A stretch of 64,000 bases of DNA from a virus. The notes under the pieces are model-generated. The model saw nothing but the letters and a program-made list of their open reading frames with translations. It made no database searches and was not told where the DNA came from. Below are positions 59,901 through 64,000 of the stretch, piece after piece. The stretch is from IMG/VR virus record IMGVR_UViG_3300034280_001042, positions 27,972 to 91,971 of that record. The stretch is one strand, 5' to 3'. Made by a program: the position numbers and the translations under genes. Positions within the stretch are counted from its first letter, which is position 1. Every line of letters starts with the position of its first letter.

Positions 59901-60513
59901 CTACATTATTTGTCGTATTCAAACCAACCCAGTTGACACCGTCTGATACAATACGGATATATGAATTATCTGTGCTTAGAGTAGCAAATATTTTACCAGC
60001 TGGATTGGAGATATAAACTAAATTATTACCACTAACTAGTTTAAGTTCTATGATTAGATTTTTAGTACTCTCTATGCTGGGTAGTGTGGCATATACTGTC
60101 TTATCCGAAGAGTCTACTAAATAGGTTGCTTGAATTTTATCAATAACGAAATCATTATTCTTTACAATAACATTATTAAAACCAACATTAAAATTACTCT
60201 CATTTGCAAAAACATAAAACTCTGATTTATCATAATTGTCAAAAGAGACAATACTATCCTGATTAGAAGATCGAACTATTTTAGTTCTTTCTACTACAAT
60301 TCCACCAGAATTATTGGTTATATAACCAACACCAACCTCCCAAGAAGAACCACTTCTGACCAAATATGGAATATAACAACCAACATGAGATGACGATAAA
60401 CTATTATAGCCAGATAGGGATTGGCCGATTAAAAAATTACCATTTAGTATAGAAAATTTACATCCTATACTATCGAATATGTATATTGGGGAATTGATCA
60501 TAATTTTCCTCAT
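56995..60513 (-). CDS. Tail fibre / receptor-binding protein with a permuted FGE-sulfatase (C-lectin fold) domain and Cys-rich C-terminus
   Basis: Fibre N-terminus (WEVGVG...R..IVRSSN); YLVDS.....TLP...SDG.NW; YGTYDQNGNVAEW, GGSW, GFRVAS, YRIGKYEITN.QY..FLN, EWHKAAY. Confidence 0.8.
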   Translation of the reverse strand: MRKIMINSPIYIFDSIGCKFSILNGNFLIGQSLSGYNSLSSSHVGCYIPYLVRSGSSWEVGVGYITNNSGGIVVERTKIVRSSNQDSIVSFDNYDKSEFYVFANESNFNVGFNNVIVKNNDFVIDKIQATYLVDSSDKTVYATLPSIESTKNLIIELKLVSGNNLVYISNPAGKIFATLSTDNSYIRIVSDGVNWVGLNTTNNVELKSLSSDDLMFSAMSGINASPTLSFQYNTGSNNIGGAELYYGSGNKVLFGDDVETSAHHIIPVSGSANTVFNNDNANSNFIVEGSGTRNLFFDYRGRLGLNIPSGSTPDTIFHIVNTTCREGIRLENRTSCHPANITLYHKPVSAITANSVVAEINLSAKNSLGNQTDFSTIQSKAIDNTAGTSKGQFNIVVATTDAAGTGIQTISTDPDTTMIGYSGVNLTVNNGGSASLGYSNSKVISTSNAITIQAPTINLNSSNIVLGTGVATNITVPTLYATNLESNRIKINGISQDSILSINSSGNISAGRSVRLPITENMILTTTTSGAITGIYSTTDYFLTNGDVLWNQYDDRSCSVAVRQVIFPSAVPAQEFIVGDQVEINISGTKYYRNITDIEIDNNNIVALLLNQNVTSDSFANATIQSVSQGGYLSISKTVDDPNISDATSNTLSIRPLTDTVFNTKQKDINFSVYGVDPTPALTVKANSGRSTVPSGLFHPFASQRPQCEPCVLYYPPNASIAPFPIVVNSGGSGLSTQHISANFNRAASGIFSGMLTSVGTNGLPSFYGTYDQNGNVAEWVEDASATSTGGSQFVAGGSWLTEIDGTIGASGLKNIESLPRISGYEHVGFRVASQYNLTDITTIADDLDINFVSVSNPNNISDDGLFYLLQDDSYIAFELPNLGSVNKNYRIGKYEITNDQYCIFLNAVATANDRGLYKTKMSTEPVGGILRSGDGSINPYEYTVKSNMGNKPVVFVDYLSVTRFTNWLHNGAPTINVVDVDTILDFGAYDIFPIGEASYLVNKNIYQKYWIPSLNEWHKAAYFEPREGVITTGSSTVLVKRNEPYTVVSGTATSETLLANLSVSGWLYVDHLIVGDNIRSSSTIPRRELPSTGGGTGEVNPGFLCSSNTDCETCEVCSGGLCVASNDECCLADCCLPGGWNASQARCDLCSNCSTEAIGGGELPCTILGTC

Positions 60514-60567
60514 GAGACTAATATAGTATACACCTTGCCATTATTGTTTTAATTCAGTATTCTATGT

Positions 60568-63500
60568 TCATTTTCCACTAGTAAAATCTCCTTGTGGAAC
60601 TTCTAGTTTAGCTCCGCTGTTAGCAGACTGTAGTCTTGTCATAGCATTATTAATTGCTCCATTAACTAAATCTCTCATTGGGCCAGTTAAACCTTCTGCT
60701 CCCCTAACATTAACGTCAACACTACCAGTAAATTTGACTTCAGGAGTTATATTTATATTTGCTAGTACTTCACTAACCTTTTGTAATCCTGTTACAAAGC
60801 TATTAATAGCAGTTATAGATTCTGGAGAAATACCAAAACCTTGTAATACTTGTTTGAGAGCATTTGTTCCAACGGTTAGGGCAGACTCTAGTCCACGAGC
60901 AGCAGATGATCCATCTACCTTAATTGATCCTCCACCAACAACGCTATTGGTTGAACTAGCAACTGCTCCATCAGCATGATACTGTGGCAGTATAATACCA
61001 CCGCTTTGTAAATAATTAACAATACCTCCACGATTTAATCCTTGGGTTCCACCACTATTAATAGCATGAAGTAAAGGTAGATTTTTCTGAGTAGCAGACC
61101 TATTGACCACAAATTCCCCAGGAGTTAACATCGCCGGAACAGTATCTGTACCTCTTGGTTGATAGTTAACTAGCGTTCCATTACTAGCATATACTACGCC
61201 ACCTGTTGCCATAGCGGCTACTTGACCAGGATTTTGAGCTTCCTGCTTTGCTTTGTCTTTTTTAGCTTGTTGTTGAGCAGCTCTAAATGCTGCTAGTTCT
61301 TTAATTTTTTGAACATTAGGTAATGCGCCAAATTCCCCGTTAGTTAATGCTAATAAAGCACTATTAGCGCCTTTGTAGTTAACATCCAAATCTTGTTCAT
61401 TAACTGTTGCTCCACTTATCAAAGTATCCATGCCCAATAAATAATTTCTTAATATTGTAACACCAGACTTAAAATAAGGATTTACCTGATCCTTAATTTG
61501 TGACATTAAATAATCTATAAGACTAGCTCTATCGTTTGGATTAGCAAATGAATTATATGGATTAAAAACCTTCTTACCTAAATCTAATAAGGTCTTTGGT
61601 GGAGTAGCTTCTTTGCTTTGGATTTTACCATCTTTAGCAACAGTTGTATCGGATGCTCCCTTAAATATATCTGATATACTTTGTGATTTACCGCCACTCA
61701 AAGAGGTACTAGCAATCTGTTGATCTCCAGTAACTTGTTTTTCTAAAGTCTGCTGGGCTTGACCACTAACACCAGCCAAGAATGTTCCTTGTGTTGCTAA
61801 GAATTGAGCATATTGAGCAACCTGTGATGATATGGCTCCAGTATCTGGAACACCCATAGCTGATTGGCCTAGTCCAATCTTATTGCTTAATCCTAATAAA
61901 TCATCTTTAGCTAAAAACTTAAAAGTTTCTCCAACAGCAGTAATACGACCCCATACATCAGCAAGATTAGGATTCACAGATCCATTTTGACCAACAATTT
62001 TACTTCCAAAAGATTTTGATAAAGATATAAGACCTTCAGCATATTGTCCAATTTGAGCGGGAACGCTTAATGGAGAGAGACCATATCCAAATGCTCTTAT
62101 AACTCCGATCTTCGGACCAATAATTTGATTGATTAATTGTTGTGCTGTTTTGAGTTTATCTCCAATAGATATTGTTGCTCCTGGTATGGTTGTTGCTTGT
62201 CCACCAGAACCAGGGGATGTTAGTAGCTGATTCTTATATGCATCTGCAGATATTTTTGGAAACCATGGATTTGTAATAAGACCATCTTCTGTAGTATAAG
62301 CATTTAATTTTTCCAAATCTGTCATCCATGTCTGTGGTGTTGCTAATGTAGCCAAAGAAAAACTGGTAAAAGCTGCTTGATCTCCCTCAAAATATTTAGT
62401 ATAAGTATCAATTAATTTTTGTTTTATTTCATCAAGACTGTTTGCAAAAATATTTCCTTTACCAGCAGTTATGTCTTCTCCTAGAAAAGGATTCAGTACA
62501 GAAGTGTCTAGAGCGCCACCTGCTGATACTATTATTCCCTTAAGAATCTCTCCGTTTTGAGGAGGAGCATATCCCGTATTTCTTGAGAGTTTAGGTACCT
62601 CAATATTTCTGTATTGAAAACCAAATTCTGCCTTGGTGTCTTTAGAAAACCCAGGACCTAATTTATCTAGTGTAATTTTATCGAGCGTTACTTTTTCTGG
62701 TATGGGTTGTTCATCTACTTTAAAAGCTGAAACAAAACTCTTTTGACTTGCTTCTTGTTCGAGTCTTAAAATATTGTTAGAAAATTCTTCAGCTAGTTTA
62801 ATATCTCCGATCCACGGAAAAGATTTAACCCCGTCTAAGTATTCTTCACCAGCCGCCTCTATGGTTTCTTGACTTTGATTGCCTATTTTTACTAGAGAGG
62901 GCTCTCCATTTAGCTTATATCCTTTAGCTTTTTTATATAGATCTTTATTTGGAGTAGTTAATGCTAGGGCAATTTTTGCTTCCCATATACTTGCTAGATC
63001 GGGTTTAAAGATCGCTAAACCATTAGTTCCTTTAGATTTCCATTCATCGTTTAAATTATCTGTTGGTAGTTTTATATATAATCCTGGCCAATTACTATCA
63101 TATATTCTACGTAATAATCCACTAATATTACTTGCTTTTTGAGTTTGTGTGCTAGTACTATTAAAATTATCTGGATTTTTGATATATGTATCTAATTCAC
63201 TATAAGCGGTATTTACAGCGGTTTCATATTCTGTTGCTTTTGTTTTGAGAACATCTAACATTTGTGTATTGAGTAATTTACTACCAATAGTAGCTTCTGT
63301 AGGAAGTCCAACAGCCATTGAATTTTCAGAAAAACCTACCCCATTACTACCTCCACCACTACCTGCTCCAGCAGCACCAGCTAAAACATTACCTTTAAAG
63401 TTGGATCCTATAACAGTACTTTCTTTTTTATTAGGAGATACAAAAACTCCTCCCATATATTTATCTGGATCTATAGCGTTAGGATCAAATCTAAATCCAC

Positions 63501-63999
63501 CACCAGCACTCATCTGATATAATTTTGCTACATCGGATATCCCTAAGACTGCACTTCCAAGTGATGATGGCTTATCTTGCAATTTATTTTTAATAATATC
63601 TATTGGCTCAAAAACTTTTGCTATTGAACTAGCGGATCTGGCTGCATCTAGAATGTCTAATTGATTACCTACATATCCATAATCTGATGATTCATTAATG
63701 TCTAATAATTTTTTTTCTGAATATTTTGTAATATCTGCTGCTGACTTTCCCTTTCTTAATTTTGCTGATCCTATAATGGTTGAAATTGAGTTAGATATAA
63801 TCTTATTCAAAATTTCTGCATCAAAAGGAATATTGGAAACAAGTGTCTGTGCTTTTATTGATTTTTCTAGTTTACCAGCAGCTGTTGCATTACCTGAGTC
63901 TTTTAACGAACTAATACTGGGAAGCATCCACCGATTACCAAAACCAGATCTTTTAGTTTCTAATTGAAAACTTGGAGCATACCCAAATTCTTCTGTACT
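60568..63999 (-). CDS. Tail tape-measure-like protein, C-terminal part (continues beyond the window)
   Basis: Frame is open to the window end (STEEFGYAP...RWML...). A/G/Q-rich helical sequence with MATGG...GTDTVPAMLTPGEFVVN, a motif typical of TMP C-termini. Confidence 0.75.
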   Translation of the reverse strand, partial: STEEFGYAPSFQLETKRSGFGNRWMLPSISSLKDSGNATAAGKLEKSIKAQTLVSNIPFDAEILNKIISNSISTIIGSAKLRKGKSAADITKYSEKKLLDINESSDYGYVGNQLDILDAARSASSIAKVFEPIDIIKNKLQDKPSSLGSAVLGISDVAKLYQMSAGGGFRFDPNAIDPDKYMGGVFVSPNKKESTVIGSNFKGNVLAGAAGAGSGGGSNGVGFSENSMAVGLPTEATIGSKLLNTQMLDVLKTKATEYETAVNTAYSELDTYIKNPDNFNSTSTQTQKASNISGLLRRIYDSNWPGLYIKLPTDNLNDEWKSKGTNGLAIFKPDLASIWEAKIALALTTPNKDLYKKAKGYKLNGEPSLVKIGNQSQETIEAAGEEYLDGVKSFPWIGDIKLAEEFSNNILRLEQEASQKSFVSAFKVDEQPIPEKVTLDKITLDKLGPGFSKDTKAEFGFQYRNIEVPKLSRNTGYAPPQNGEILKGIIVSAGGALDTSVLNPFLGEDITAGKGNIFANSLDEIKQKLIDTYTKYFEGDQAAFTSFSLATLATPQTWMTDLEKLNAYTTEDGLITNPWFPKISADAYKNQLLTSPGSGGQATTIPGATISIGDKLKTAQQLINQIIGPKIGVIRAFGYGLSPLSVPAQIGQYAEGLISLSKSFGSKIVGQNGSVNPNLADVWGRITAVGETFKFLAKDDLLGLSNKIGLGQSAMGVPDTGAISSQVAQYAQFLATQGTFLAGVSGQAQQTLEKQVTGDQQIASTSLSGGKSQSISDIFKGASDTTVAKDGKIQSKEATPPKTLLDLGKKVFNPYNSFANPNDRASLIDYLMSQIKDQVNPYFKSGVTILRNYLLGMDTLISGATVNEQDLDVNYKGANSALLALTNGEFGALPNVQKIKELAAFRAAQQQAKKDKAKQEAQNPGQVAAMATGGVVYASNGTLVNYQPRGTDTVPAMLTPGEFVVNRSATQKNLPLLHAINSGGTQGLNRGGIVNYLQSGGIILPQYHADGAVASSTNSVVGGGSIKVDGSSAARGLESALTVGTNALKQVLQGFGISPESITAINSFVTGLQKVSEVLANINITPEVKFTGSVDVNVRGAEGLTGPMRDLVNGAINNAMTRLQSANSGAKLEVPQGDFTSGK

Positions 64000-64000
64000 A

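Noticed and set aside
1-64000. Numerous 60-150 aa antisense or nested ORFs in the track (e.g. 23707-24156 -, 41718-42086 +, 40204-40545 +)
   Set aside because: They are shadows of well-supported genes on the opposite strand or in another frame, with no motifs.
1-64000. Stop-codon recoding, tRNA/rRNA genes, introns or inteins in nrdJ, dnaB or recA
   Set aside because: Genes are full length and densely packed in the standard code, conserved proteins are uninterrupted, and no cloverleaf or rRNA-like sequence was noticed.

Overview
This window is part of a large, AT-rich tailed-phage (jumbo-phage-like) genome read in the standard genetic code. It has two convergent gene blocks that meet at about 32520. 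The + strand (1-32520) carries: a glycan-modification cassette (methyl-, glycosyl- and sulfotransferase-like genes); nucleotide metabolism (dCMP deaminase, class II RNR, PhoH, dNMP kinase); a full replication/recombination module (RecA-like, DnaB, DnaG, Cas4-like nuclease, DnaE, DEDDh exonuclease, SSB, SSAP-like); and a second cluster of GT/NTase/MTase-like genes that mostly look catalytically degenerate. The - strand (32522-64000) carries tail genes: the tape-measure C-terminus, two paralogous tail fibres, a family of Cys-containing Ig/FN3-like repeat proteins, and very large baseplate/tip proteins. The main points of interest are: (1) an intein-less split DnaE with the proofreading exonuclease gene between the halves; (2) a circularly permuted FGE/C-lectin domain inserted into one tail fibre; (3) a pseudo-enzyme-like glycosyltransferase operon plus a Thr-Pro micro-peptide, a candidate glycosylation system; (4) an ATT-initiated Cas4-like gene; (5) an SSB-like DIPF tail on the helicase rather than on SSB. 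No tRNA, rRNA, CRISPR array or reverse transcriptase was recognised. All family assignments come from motif recognition by eye, not from database searches.
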